NCBI RefSeq assembly: GCF_004010195.1
Contig: NC_057716.1
Span: 52,689,713-52,753,712 of the forward strand
Origin: Chiloscyllium plagiosum
Lineage: Eukaryota
Reading direction: 5' to 3'
Length of the DNA stretch: 64,000 bases
The notes below the pieces were generated by a model, which saw only the letters and a list, made by a program, of their open reading frames with translations, had not been told where the DNA came from and made no database searches. This document shows, in pieces, positions 24,606 to 37,349 of the stretch (positions within the stretch are counted from its first letter, which is position 1; each line of letters starts with the position of its first letter). Both the position numbers and the translations under genes were made by a program.

Positions 24606-26582
24606 CTTGAATGTTCTCTCTATGCTGTACAGCAGTCTGAATGGTATCGTGCAGGTCATTTTCCATGTTAAATACTACACACTTCCTGCTGCAGCCAAAT
24701 AAAAACATTTGAAGTACTGCATATTGACAAAACACATACACTAATGAAACTTTTCAGGGTACATTGATCAACAATAATAGTTATACATTTTCACCCTGTT
24801 AGAAAAGTCATAAAACAAGGTCCTGCAAGTGTACCAATTTGATCAGAACCCCAAAATAAATCGAATACAAAATATTCCAAATAATGCAAAGGAACACTGG
24901 ATACATTTTTTTTAAATGGAGGGAAATATTCTTACGAGAGAAGGTCTTATGATACACTCACCTTTTATTCATAATACACATCATTCCTAAAGCAGCACAG
25001 AAAATTCTGACAAAGAACCACTATTCAGTTGATTCCTGTATTCAGGTTACATTGCCAGCCACTGCTTACCAGATTAAATGCTTCATGAAAGTACAGGTTC
25101 TGCTTTCTTTCAAAAACCAGCACCAAAACTGATCAAAAGGTACATTCCAAATTATTTATTTAGCAGATGCAAGTTATTATCTTGTAAAAAATGTGCTCAC
25201 AATTTATATAATCACATCTTTAACACCTCCCCTGCAATTAAAAGATTAATCCTTAAATTCAAAGGTCAAAATTCCAATCACAGTAGATATGCTGGTACAC
25301 TGCCATAAATCTGCTTTGCTATCAAACACATTTTTTCCCATGACAACCCACTGTAATTCCTCACAGATAAAATGCAAAATATATCAATCTTTTTGTTAGA
25401 TCGCACAAAAGTAGGTTACAAAAAAAAACAAGAGCAGTCATTGTTTGAGCACTGGACCTGTGAAGGTATTTGATCCCATCTCCGACACATTGCAAACGGT
25501 AGTTCTAGTAATTTTTCAGATTTGGGGAATTTACCACAATTGGAAATTTTTAATAGCACCATATCCTAAGCTTTCAATTACTGTAGAAAGATGGCCAATG
25601 GATTACCAAATATTACCATTTGTGGATATGCTTTGTATGATTTTATGATTTATCCATTATATGAACACTAATGATGTAGCATGGCAACAGGATGAAACAT
25701 ACCTCTTCATAAGTAATCTTTCACAATTGTAGTTTTTGGAGTATCAGAGGAGGATTTCAATCATGGCGGGGAAATGATAATTAAGTTAAAGTTGTTCCTT
25801 ATTGTGCAGAAACACAACCATTACAGAAAGCAATTTGTTCATTACACTATTTCTGCCGCATTGGATTTAGTATCAAATGCTTTCATAAAATTATTTTTTT
25901 ACATCTATTGTATGAATAAAATTGCCTCTATCTTGAACTTAAATAGTTAATCTACTTCGGTTTCGTGGAAGCCCTAGAGTCATTTAAGCCACAAGCACAT
26001 ATGGTGAAGTGATAATGGATCCTGGTGCTCCAGCTGCTGTTCACAATAAGACACATTATTCATGCAAACCTAAAATCAGGTACCCTCCGCTCAATCTCCT
26101 CTGTTTTAAACAACTAACAATGACGCAAGATAATAAATAAATCACTTCAACCACATGTAAAACACTTCAAAATATTTGCGCCAAAAATCTTGCATTGTTG
26201 GTGTTGATTATAAAGAACAACATTTGAAAATGAAAACAAGTTTTTGTACCTTGAAATGGTTTTGCCATTTTGTCATGTTAATAAGAGGAATCCTTCTGCT
26301 GTGGTCAGGCGTTCTAGCACTGCTGAACAGCTGACTGAGAAATGTACAAATGGGATTACACAGTGATGACTAATACCTATGAATTGTTTTAAAATTGAAA
26401 TGTCACTCTAAATATTATATAAACTTTTTCTTGGTGTGAAAAAACCTGTATCTGAAATCCTTTGCAACTTGTCAAAAAATTGTGATGGTTTTACAGTCCC
26501 TTGCTGTAAAACATGCTGTAGTCCTTTTAGAGTCAAATGCACTTCAGGAAGCAAGTGTTTTATTAAAATCAATTTTTCATAG

Positions 26583-27426
26583 GCTATGCAGTTAAAAGTT
26601 CTGCACAGAATTCATTTGGCACTGGACTGTCTGGCAAAGTTTAAAAAAGGGGCATCTTCAATGTGCCCCAAATGTAAAATAAGTGTAGGTACTCTTACCC
26701 GTTGCTTCTGGACATGCCACAGGCTCGGTGTTTATTGGAGCACTGAGGCGGGAGAGATAGGGAGGGTATTGAGGACCCAAGTTAAAGTAGACTCGACATC
26801 TCTCCTTGTAGGTCTACCGAATTTATCACCTTTAGACAAGCATGGGAAGAAACTACCCAACATTCTTACTTACTGTGCACAGAAGACCATTCTGATGAAT
26901 TGGGTGTCTGAGAACCCGACAGGCTTGCTGGGATGGCAGAAATTAATTATGGAGCACATTTCCTTGGATTTTTTTCACAAATATGGTGCACCACACAACA
27001 GACCTTTTTAAATAAGATGGCAGCTCTTTTTGAGTTATTTGGACACTGATTTGTCTGCTATCTTAACTAGGGCATTTGTTTAACCAGGATGGTTAGGTTT
27101 GCTGAGCCCTGGGCCCTGAAAGGGGTCTCCTGAGTTAATGCGGGTATATACACAACACTCCTGTTTTTTGTTTGGGAGCTTTGCGCTGAGCATTGTTATT
27201 TTGAGAAGTGTCTTCTTTTGTTTTCCTTGAGTCACTTTCTTATTTATTGGTGCTGTTTTGCACAGTGTTTGGTTTTGTTTTATAGAGGAGGTTAGTAGTT
27301 AGTAGACAGTAGTTGTATCGCAATTTGTGTTTTTTTATTATACTGGTATTTGTTATATTTTTTATAACTTTATATTTTTTAAAGTCAAAAAAAAGGTTTT
27401 TTTTGCTAATAAATGTATTTACAAAA
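26583..27426 (+). mobile_element. L1-clade LINE 3' end
   Basis: ORF 26586-27011 (QLKVLHR...CPKC...CFWTC) is the ORF2 C-terminal cysteine-rich/zinc-knuckle region typical of fish L1; T-rich 3'UTR; AATAAA at 27408-27413. Confidence 0.85.
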
Positions 27427-27829
27427 CCAGGTTTTAATTAATTCAAAGTCCTTATGCAATTGTGCTAACCTAACACAGTGTGGGCAAAATTCCTGGCATA
27501 AGCAAATATTTGTCAAAGTCCACATTTGTTTTTGATCTAGTAAATAATGACATTTTTACCCCATGAAAGCATAGTTTGCAGCATTTTTCATAGATGACAG
27601 CCAATGGCAGATAACGAAGGAGCAGTGCATTAAAAGCAAAAAATGTGTTTCCAACTACTGCAACTCTACTTCATTCTTCGAATGGGTAAGAAAAGGAGAA
27701 CAGTAAAATAATGGAATTTTAGGACAATATGTTTTTCCAGCAAGGTTAAAAAGTTAAGTCTTCAAAAGTTTTGATTTTGAAATACAGTCTGGGTAAATAA
27801 TGGTTTTCTCTTTAAAGGGACATTACTTA

Positions 27830-28150
27830 CAACCGAAAATATGAGAAGCACTCAGCAGATTAGGCAGCATTTGTGGAAATAAAAACATAGTTAACATTTC
27901 AGATCTATACCTGTTTTCAGAATCAAAAAAAAATTAAAAGCATAATGGATTTTAAGAAAATAAAATGACATAGAAACGAAAGGCAAAAAGAGGACAAAAG
28001 GAACGAGATCGTAATAGGTTAGCAGGATGATGAGACAAAGCAAAAGGAGACGATAATAAGACAAGTTCTGGTGTATTAAGTGGAACCAGAGGAGGTGGAA
28101 TGGTTAATAGCCAGAGATGAACGAAGCACGTAAAACCTGCCAAAGAGCCC
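27830..28150 (-). mobile_element. Old PLE 3' remnant
   Basis: actcagcagattaggcagcatttgtgga...gttaacatttcag, followed by a purine-rich tract as in other PLE 3' regions. Confidence 0.55.
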
Positions 28151-28689
28151 TAAACCTGAAAGGATGCCCAAGATTTATTGGAACAAGGGAACACATGATG
28201 ATATATTAATTAAGGGTTAATTGGGTGACAATCAGTTGCATAAATATGGGAAGCTAGTAATCAGTGGGGTGAGAGTTTTATGGAGTGTGATGAACTGAAA
28301 CAAAGCTCTCACTAAACGTGTGGACTTGATCTCTGTTCCAAAAACATTTAACTTAATGCGCAACATCCATGTACCATGCTGGACTTTCTAATAGGAAAAT
28401 GAAAAGTGGGGTGAGAGGAAGCATGAGGCAGGTAGTTGTGATGTTGCTAGATTTGTAGCTATAGCCTATCTCAGAAACAGAGAAGTTAATGAAGGGAAAG
28501 GAACAGCTGGAATACCTCTTCATTCCTTCTTCTATCAAGCAACTGCTGCATTCATTTTTAAATACTGGCATTGTCTCTCAATCTAAATCACTAACCAACT
28601 AACTCTGATATAGGAAGACCAGCTCTGTAGGAAAAAGAAATGGACATCCTGCTGTAGGAATGATGAGCTGGGGAGCTGTGCATCCACAA

Positions 28690-29125
28690 TCTCTGTAGCC
28701 ACTTCCTTTAAGGCAATCAAGTCCAAGGGAGCTGTCTACCTTTAGTCCCATTCGTTTCCTTGTACTTTCTTTGCTATTGGTTTAAGATTCTCGTTCTCTT
28801 CAGCCCCTTGTTTTGTTGTTTTATGAGTTGCTTCTACGTTTTCTACTAAGAAGACAGATATTAATTATTTATTCAAACTCCTATTTGTAATGCCACAGTG
28901 TCCTTTTCTAAGAGTCCAATGCTTACATTTGTCGCACTTTTGTTTTTCATAGGCTCATAGAAGCTTTACTCTCTCTTTCTTTTATGTTTTCTCTCCAACT
29001 TTGATTCTCTTGCATTATTGTTGTTGTAATAATCCTATGCTGGTTTCAAAAATATTCCCAATCTTTTGGCCTATTACTAATCCTTGCAGGATCGTATGTC
29101 TTGACATTTGTTTTGATACCTAAAT
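28690..29125 (-). mobile_element. Old CR1 ORF2 fragment
   Basis: Decayed inter-domain sequence (aaagcttctatg, ttgaataaataat...tctgtcttc) on the minus strand. Confidence 0.55.
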
Positions 29126-29179
29126 GTTTTGGGACAGAATGCTGTCAATAGTCCAGCTGAGCTGACTCCATTATATCAG

Positions 29180-29460
29180 TTTTTTAAAAAAAATGTAGCT
29201 TGGAAAATGGGCAATGCTGAGCCAGACACAATTTATTGCCAATCCCTAGTTGTCCTCAGGATATTAATATTCAATGTGGGTTGTGTGTCAGACTGGGTAG
29301 TGGCTGGAGGAACCTTCCTGATGGACATAAGATATTATGACAATCTACAACTTTTATGGTCATTTTGCCTGGTGCAGCCCACAAAATATTGTTTTTTTTT
29401 CATACCCAATTACTCAAATGGCTATGATGGGATTGGAATTTGTCACTTGCCCATAGCTTA
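29180..29460 (-). mobile_element. Old DeuSINE-like element
   Basis: Tail 'atttattgccaatccctagttgtcct' shared with LINE-B/SacSINE1; decayed central and head regions. Confidence 0.55.
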
Positions 29461-30682
29461 ATTATAAAAGTATTATGCCACAAAAGAAACATAGTTCAGC
29501 CATTTGCTTTAAAGTAATGTCTAACGTTCTCCTGTTTCAGCTGAACGTACTTTGGCATCTTTAGCTTGGGGCAAGAACGACAGAGGCATTGTACTTTTCT
29601 GGCAAGGAAAGGTGACATGGGTCACTTCACCTCCATACAGCTCCAAAACACCATTTGACAATAGTTTTCTTTATTGCTTTAGTCCACTACGCTGTTAACA
29701 GGCAATAACATTCAGGTTTTTCCATAAATGTACAGTAGTGCAGAGGTCTCTTCCAGTAGTTTATGAATTTAATATATATGGTTCACTTCAGGATTTTTTT
29801 TGCTGTGTAATGAATCCTAAAGGAGCTACAAATGTACTCCAGACAGCAGCTGCATTTTTGACCCATTTGCTATTACCCACAGCATAATGCTGATAATAAA
29901 AAACATTCTTACAAATGTCCCATCAGGGATCAGTGTTGGACACCAATTTTATCAGCTACACATGCACTTACCAACCACATCTACAACTGACTCAACCAGG
30001 TAATTTAGACAAAGTAGACTTTTCTGAGTGTTCTATTATTTCAGCTAATAGAGATTCATTACAACTCAGTATGCTCAATGTAAGACAATTTTCACTTGTA
30101 AAAAAGAAAAACACTATGGCCTCGATACCAGCAGGAATGTGGGAAGGGATTGAGGGAACGTGGTTAGAGGGAAGAAACCAAAGAACGTATAGATCCTGCT
30201 GAATTTAACAGCAGGATCTTATTTCTTTAAAGTCTGTGTCCAGCACAGATTGATTTGTGGAAAAGTCAGATATAGAAGGCCACAGCCAAGGAGCGACAAT
30301 CTGCAGGGAGAAAGGGGACCAGCCAAGATGGCAGAGTAGGGAGTCGTGGAATGGAAATGAAGCTAGCAATCAAGAGATTGGGGGGGGGGGGGGCACCAAT
30401 ACAGATCACAAGAAGTTGTAGTCAGACGATCACAGCAGAAACTTTGCTTGCAAGTCCCCGCAACATCCTGACTCCACGTGGATCTGACTCCCTCCATCCC
30501 GAATCACACATGGACCCGAACACCAGACTCAACTTCATCTCTCAGTTTTCACACTCAAGTTTTCCTCTATCTCCTAGATCCATCATCCCAACATTCCCCA
30601 CTCCCCCAACACTGATCTCTTCACTTGCACAATTTCCAGCCCTCTGACACCACACTTAGCCTGACACCCCTCCATGACCAGT

Positions 30683-31010
30683 TGATCCTGGGTTTAGAAG
30701 GACTGTCTTATGAGGAGAAGGTAAGTAGGCTTAGCCTTACGCATTGGAATCATTGAATCATACAGGACTGAAGAGGCCCTTTGACCCATCAAGTCTGCCC
30801 TGACAAAAATTGCTCTCAATCTACACTAGTGCCACTTTTCACCTCTTGGCCCATAGCCTTGAATCTTGTGATATTTCAAGAACTCATTCAGTATTATTTT
30901 TAAAAGATCATGAGAATTCCCATCCTAACTACCTTTCCAGGCAGTGGATACCAAATTCCTACCACAATCTGGGCAAAAAAAAAATGTGTTGCTCCTATAT
31001 TTCACCCTAA
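30683..31010. mobile_element. Two CR1 fragments (30683-30745 +, 30750-31010 -)
   Basis: 'ggactgtcttatgaggag' ORF2 motif, then an antisense 3' end with gaatcat tail. Confidence 0.7.
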
Positions 31011-31199
31011 AGGGACATGTTAGACCTGACACATACAAACACATTCACTGACTCATGGCCAGACCTTGCCTTATTTTAATAAAATCTGCCTTCTCCCAAT
31101 GGGAACTCTACAATCTACTTCCAGAGGACATCCAGCCATGTTCATCTATCTACACTGTACTCCCAGTGGTTATGGAATTGATATCTATATCTGTTTCTT

Positions 31200-31385
31200 T
31201 TTACATTCACTCATGGATATGAGCATCGCAGCCTTCGCCAATACGTATTGCTCATCCTTTGTTGCCCCTGAGGAAGAATTGGTGAGCTGGCTTCTTGAAC
31301 TGCTGCAGTTCATGTGCTGTAGATAGACCCACAATGCCATTAGGGAGAGAATTCCAGGATTTTGACCCAGTGACAGTGAAGGAAT
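31200..31385 (-). mobile_element. LINE-B 3' end
   Basis: cattcactcatggatatg...gaattccaggattttgacccagtgacagtgaaggaa. Confidence 0.8.
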
Positions 31386-31947
31386 TTATGGTACAGGGTC
31401 ATTTCAGGCAATTATAGTGAGGACTTTTTTTTCTTTATTCTTTTATGTGAAATAAGCAGCACTGGAAAGGCCCTCCTCTTTGAGGAGGTGACAAGATAGG
31501 TTGACGACGGTCGTGCAGTGGATGTGATTTATATGGATTTCAGCAAGGCATTTGATAAGGTTCCCCATGGTAGGATCATTCATAAAGTCGGAAGAATGGG
31601 ATACAGAGAGATTTAGCTATCTGGATTCAGAATTGGCTGGCTGACAGAAGGCAGGGAGTGGTTGGAGCTGGAAAGTATTCTGCCTGGAGGTCAGTGTTGA
31701 GTGGGGTCCCGCAGGGCTCTGTTCTTGGGCCTCTGCTCTTTGTAGTTTTTATAAATGACTTGGATGAGGAGGTTGAGGGGTGGGTTAATAAATTTGCAGA
31801 TGACGCAAAGGTTGGAGGTGTCGTCAATAGTATCTAGGGCTACTGCAGGCTGCACCGCGACATAGACAGGATGCAGAGCTGGGCTGAGAAATTGCAGATG
31901 GAGTTTAACCTGGATAAATGCAAAGTGATGCATTTTGGAAGTTCAAT

Positions 31948-32049
31948 NNNNNNNNNNNNNNNNNNNNNNNNNNNNNNNNNNNNNNNNNNNNNNNNNNNNN
32001 NNNNNNNNNNNNNNNNNNNNNNNNNNNNNNNNNNNNNNNNNNNNNNNNN
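31948..32049. other. Assembly gap (102 N)
   Basis: Run of N. Confidence 0.99.
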
Positions 32050-32240
32050 CCGGGTGCTCCGGTTTCCTCCCACAGTCCAAAGATGTGCAGGTCAGGTGAA
32101 TTGGCCATGCTAAATTGCCCGTAGTGTTAGGTTAAGGGGGTAAATGTGGGGGTATGGGTGGGTTGCGCTTCGGCGGGTCGGTGTGGACTTGTTGGGCCGA
32201 AGGGCCTGTTTCCACACTGTAAGTAATCTAATCTAATCTA
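32050..32240 (+). mobile_element. Young HE1-type SINE, 3' half (5' part lost in the gap)
   Basis: V-domain end, CpG-rich, (TAATC)n tail. Confidence 0.93.
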
Positions 32241-33091
32241 CTGCAGGCTGCAGCGCGACATAGACAGGATGCAGAGCTGGGCTGAGAAATTGCAGATGGA
32301 GTTTAACCTGGATAAATGCAAAGTGATGCATTTTGGAAGTTCAATCACGAATGCTGAATGTAGGATTAAAGACAGGATTCTTGGCAGCGTGGAGGAACAG
32401 AGGGATCTGGGTGAGCAAGTACATAGATCCCTCAAAGTTGCCACTCAAGTGGATAGAAAGTTGTTAAGAAAGCAAACAGTGTTTTGAATGTTCATTAACA
32501 GGGGTATCAAGTTTAAGAGCCGAGAGGTTTTGCTGCAGCTCTACAAGTCCCTGGTGAGACTACACGAGGAATATTGTGTCCAGTTCTGGTCGCCCTACTA
32601 TAGGAAAGATACAGAGGCTTTGGAGAGGGTGAAAAGAAGGTTTACCAGAATGCTGCCTGGACTGGAGGGCTTGCCTTATGAAGAAAGGTTGAATAAGCTC
32701 AGACTTTTCTCTCTGGAGAGGAGGAAGAGAGGAGACCTGATCGAGGTATACAAGATAATAAGAGTCAATAGCCAGAGACTTTTCCCCAGGGCAGGATTGA
32801 CTGGTACAAGGAGTCATAGTTTGAAGATATTAGGAGGAAGGTATAAAGGAGACGTCAGAGGTAGGTTCGTTACGCAGAGTTGTGAATGCATGGAATGCGT
32901 TGCTCGTTGTGGTGGTGGAAGCAGAGTATTTCGGGGCATTTAAGCAACTGCTGGACACGCACGTGGATAGCAGTGAGTTGAGGGGTGTGTAGGTTAAATT
33001 ATTATATTTTACATTAGGATTAAACCTCGGCACAACATCGTGGGCCAAAGGGCCTGCTCTGTGTTGTACTTTTCTATGTTCTATGTTCTAT

Positions 33092-33615
33092 ATGTTGCCC
33101 AACTCTAACACCCTTAATGTCTAAGCAGCTTCCAAGGAGTATGAAGAGCCAATCACTTTACTGTGAAATTGGAAACGAATGTAGGGTAGTTCATGTAAGG
33201 ATGGCAGATTTCTTTCCCTGAAGGAGATTTGGGAATTGGATGGGTTTAGTGCAGAGATCAGTGATAGTTTAATGGTTACTACAGCCAGTTCTTTTATAAT
33301 GTGATGGTTGCCTTCTTGTGCAACCTCACATTATAGAAAAATCATGCTTTAGAAACAGTATTTAAAGTAATCACGTTACAGCCAATACACATTTAAAAGT
33401 TTGCACTTTAGAAACAGCATCCCCAATTTGTCAATCGCGTTACAGCAAATTCGCATTGATGAAACGCACATTACAGCAGAACAATCTGTATTACTGAAAA
33501 TAGCTTTCTATTCCAGACTTATGAGTTGAGTTTAGTTTCCATGGTGTAATTTGAATCAATGTCCCCACAGCATTAGACAAGCCTCTGGACTAAAATTGCA
33601 TTACCACTATCCCAC
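33092..33615 (-). mobile_element. SacSINE1-like DeuSINE (tail at 31430-31472, split by the CR1 and a MITE)
   Basis: 'gtaaggatggcagatttctttccctgaagga' is the reverse complement of the 18516-18546 block. Confidence 0.75.
33282..33488. mobile_element. Tc1/mariner-pogo (Tigger-like) MITE, 207 bp
   Basis: TA|CAG...CTG|TA termini; ~22-bp imperfect TIRs (cagccagttcttttataatgtg vs cagattgttctgctgtaatgtg). Confidence 0.8.
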
Positions 33616-34149
33616 AGACCCCACCCGACCCATGATGCCACTGTGATGAGCTGGTCTATGAATCTGTCTGCCAGCCTTCAATCTGGGCATCTATTCATCC
33701 ATGGCTAATGCACTTTACCAGAGAGCTACAGAATTAATTTGTTTTGGCTTCATAGCAAGGAATAATAATTTTATGAGGCTGTTGGTGCACCCCAGCATCT
33801 AAGGTGCAATAGTTTCAGTTATTGTGTTTTACAAAGTTCTACACACTCAATTATTCAAAAAAGACGGGCTTCCATTTTCTGAAGATGAAAACTGTGTCTC
33901 ACAATGTGAAAAAGGACCTCATGTGTTACTGTAAATCATACTGCCAGTCATCACAATTCCTTCCAAATGTGGTTCCCATCTGACCTCCTCAAAAATCATA
34001 ATCATGTCAATGGGTGGTTTGTAACTAGCAAAGTCTAGCTCCCACACACACGAATAGTAACCTCACTGAGAGCAGCTAAGCTGCAGGAGAGGAGCACTAG
34101 TTAACAAGGTACCTGCCTCCACTAAAGTGGATATTGAAAGGACGACTTC

Positions 34150-34890
34150 AGAAGAAATAAGTCTGCAAGGAAAGATGGTATACCATTAAAAACAAAACTA
34201 CCTGAAACTTCAGAAAGCCCTGGATGTTAGAAGTTTGAAACAAACTAAAATTGGAGGATTTGGATATGTCAAAAAGTCCAAGAAAGAATAGAAATAGAGG
34301 AAGGAAATTAAACAAAGGTAAGAAAACAAGAAGATGCTGTCAGGTGGGAATCCCAAAACATGCAAAAAGAAACAGTAAAGTATTCAAGACATATCACAGT
34401 AAAAGCAGAATCATCAAAGGTCAGATAAAAATGGTAATTGTTATAAATGTTAAGAGAGGCAAATAGAAAGTAACTGCCAGAACCTGCATAGGGGATTGTG
34501 TGTGAAACAGTTAAGCTATGCATAGGGAAGGAGGTGTAAAAACCATGGGCAAGAAATAGTGAAGGCTCTGGAAATGGAGTTCAGAGTTTTATTGACAGTT
34601 GACTGGTAAGTGACCGACACAGCAACCATTTTCAATAAAGGAGAAAGATCCACCAGTTGATTACAGACCCATTATTTTCATGTGAGTGATAGTACAATTT
34701 GGAATATTTTATTAAATATCAAATTATTTCAACATGAAAAAGGTTCTTTGCAAAGATGACAGATACAGATTTCAGAGATTTGCATGGCTATGGAATACAT
34801 AACTGGAGGTAGTGAAACAAGCAGCATTCACCAGAACATTTAAGAATAGACTGGATTAGGGGGTGAGAGAAAGGGAATTTCAGGATATGT
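34150..34890 (+). mobile_element. Very old CR1 fragments
   Basis: Decayed motifs (PFSIKEKD/NYRP-like at about 34620-34670; atttaagaatagactggat 3' region). Confidence 0.5.
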
Positions 34891-34896
34891 GAACCT

Positions 34897-35209
34897 GATT
34901 AGATTAGATTACTTACAGTGAGGAAACAGGCCCTTCGGCCCAACAAGTCCACACCGACCCTCCGAAGAGCAACTCACCCATTTCCCTACATTTACTCCTT
35001 CACCTAACACTATGGGCAATTTAACATGGCTAATCCACCTAACCTGCATATTTTTGGACTGTGGGAGGAAACCGGAGCACCCGGAGGAAATCCACGCAGA
35101 CACGGGGAGAATGTGCAAACTCCACAGACAGTTGCCTGAGGCAGGAACTGAACCCGGGTCTCTGGCGCTGTGAGGCAGCAGTGCTAACCACTGTGCCACC
35201 ATGCCGCCC
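34897..35209 (-). mobile_element. HE1-type V-SINE, full length
   Basis: tRNA head, V-domain, (TAATC)n tail; TGATTAG on both flanks. Confidence 0.95.
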
Positions 35210-37349
35210 ACATGATTAGTATTACTGCTCACCTGACAGATGCATAGCAACATAGACGTTTTAGGCCCAATATCATGTTTCCGTGTTGTAAGTGCTACGT
35301 ATTGACACATTGTACATAGTTATCTGGGTCTTCTCATCACAATGCCTTCTCCCTTCATCTTCAAATAAATGATCAATCTTTCAATCCAGTAACTGTCATG
35401 TTATCAGATGGGATGACTTTGCTACTATATGACAATGTCACTGAAGCTCACACTGTTGAATAAGTGGATAAGAAATAAATAACCCTATGCTTTGCAAATA
35501 AGAAAATAATACAAAATCATATTCTCATTTCATACAATCAAGTACAAAATGAACATTAGCCATCCACCTTCTTCCTAATGTATTGCTACATATCCTTTTT
35601 ACTTTCCTTATCAAGAGCTTCTCCCGAACGCAACCCAACAACCAATATCACAAGAGCAGACTGGCTTCTTGGATAAAGAGATCACGGGAAATAGGTTTCC
35701 CTCCTCCATGGGAGCAGCTTGCCACTGACAGCTGTATGTTCCAAACTTGCTGAGGTTGATCCCAAATGCCTCAAAGACAATGTCCTGAGGGAGAAAGCAA
35801 GGGGCCTGACATGTGCCCTAATATTCATGACCAGCTCCATTACTTAACATGCTCACTGTGCAAAAGACAATTGTAATCATTTTAGTCATTATGCATGACA
35901 GCAATTTTTTTAATGGAAAGCATTTATTTATAATTATATGCAAAGCCTTTTTAGTTTCCAGGGTACAGAACCACCTACAGATTTTATTAATTAATTTAAT
36001 CCTGTTTGGTCAATCCAAATTGTAATTCTTATCATCACAATTGCAGATCAGAGTGACCCAGAGGGTTTGTTTACTGCTTTGTAACTGGGCTTTGCTCCTA
36101 AACACTGCTAAAGGGATCCATGGTGGGTTGTCGTGGCAGCAGACAGCTTTCCAGTAACCATTTTGTCGCAACTCTATCTCACAGACTGACAAGACAGGTG
36201 GCTCAATGCTTCTTTATACAGCAGGTGCTCCGCAGGAAGACCATTGACAAGGAGGAGGCTGGATTATAGCCACAACCATTTTAATCAGGCAGTGCCAGAA
36301 GAACCCTGTCTGCAGTCAACAACAAGACACTCAAACAGATGGGCTCCCAGTTTTACCCTATAATAATGTTAAGCCGGGCATCTATACCACTGAATTTACT
36401 TGAAACAGTATCCAGAGTCAGGAAACCTGTTTAGACACTGCAGACACAGGAAAAAAAGATGTAAGGAGGAAAAAGATCAAAGATATCTGCAGAACTTTGT
36501 GAAATTATTTATAATTTCTGAAGAAAAATATTTTGGTTTCATTTGATCTTAACCCACCACTTTGCACAATTTAATTTATTTCAGTTCTCAGTAACATTCA
36601 CAGTATGTAAGCCAACAATATGGAGTGGGTCTTTGTAGCCCATTAAAAATGGTTTTCTTGAACAGAGGCAGTGGATGAAAATCTTATAGGAGTCTGAATG
36701 ACGTAGGCTACAGAGAAATTGGTGGCAGATGATTTGGACAAGAAGCTCAGTGAGGGCCATCTCAACATCGAGAGCAAATCACTGGATTGTTTCTGCAATT
36801 TCCAAGGGACAAGGCATGTTTCTTGCGAGGAGTGCCAAGTTGCCAATTAATAGAGTATTACTGCCTGTTGAACACTTTTTAATGTTCAACTTGCCTCGAT
36901 ATTATTCCACTTCCTATCTTGCCAAATGCAATGAGCACGTTTTGCTCATTGAGCAATAAAGAATTCTCAACATGGAATCAGAAGTGCCTGGCAACTTCAG
37001 CTCGCCATTGACTGCGAAAAGTCTCCATGTTGTTCAGCACCAAACGACAACTCAGGGCATGATACATAGGCACTAATCACAAGCACCCCTCAACCACAGC
37101 CATTGACATCTAACATTTGCCAACCCTCACAATCATCATGCACTTCTCCGATCAACTTACAGGATGCTTAAAAACACAAACTTGCATTGCAAGGTATACT
37201 GACAATGAACATTGAAATGCAGATGCCCAGCTCACACTTTGGACCAGGCTGTATCGCAAAGCTGCTGCTTGCTCTCTTAGCACTCGTTCAGTTAGTGCCT
37301 ATCTGCATGCTCATCAATGTCTTGCCTTGCCTTGTCATGCCTTACTTGT

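Larger units (their letters stand above)
31478..33091 (+). mobile_element. Young 5'-truncated CR1 (RT to 3' end) spanning the assembly gap
   Basis: [20 protein letters not shown] and FADDAK motifs; ORF 32488-32943; (TTCTATG)n tail. Confidence 0.93.

Noticed and set aside
26250-26330. 81-nt open minus-strand exon candidate (LFSSARTPDH...)
   Set aside because: The donor GTACAA is poor and the peptide is not recognised.
26586-27011. 141-aa ORF as a host zinc-finger gene
   Set aside because: It matches the L1 ORF2 C-terminus and is followed by an L1-like 3'UTR and polyA signal.
29521-29700. Plus-strand acceptor (ctaac...ctcctgtttcag) with an open frame; also 7533-7560 and 45533-45590
   Set aside because: Weak donors or non-triplet lengths, unrecognised peptides, and no consistent plus-strand exon chain.
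32050-35209. Inverted HE1 pair as a circRNA or editing driver
   Set aside because: No exon lies between them, and the left copy's position depends on an unresolved gap.
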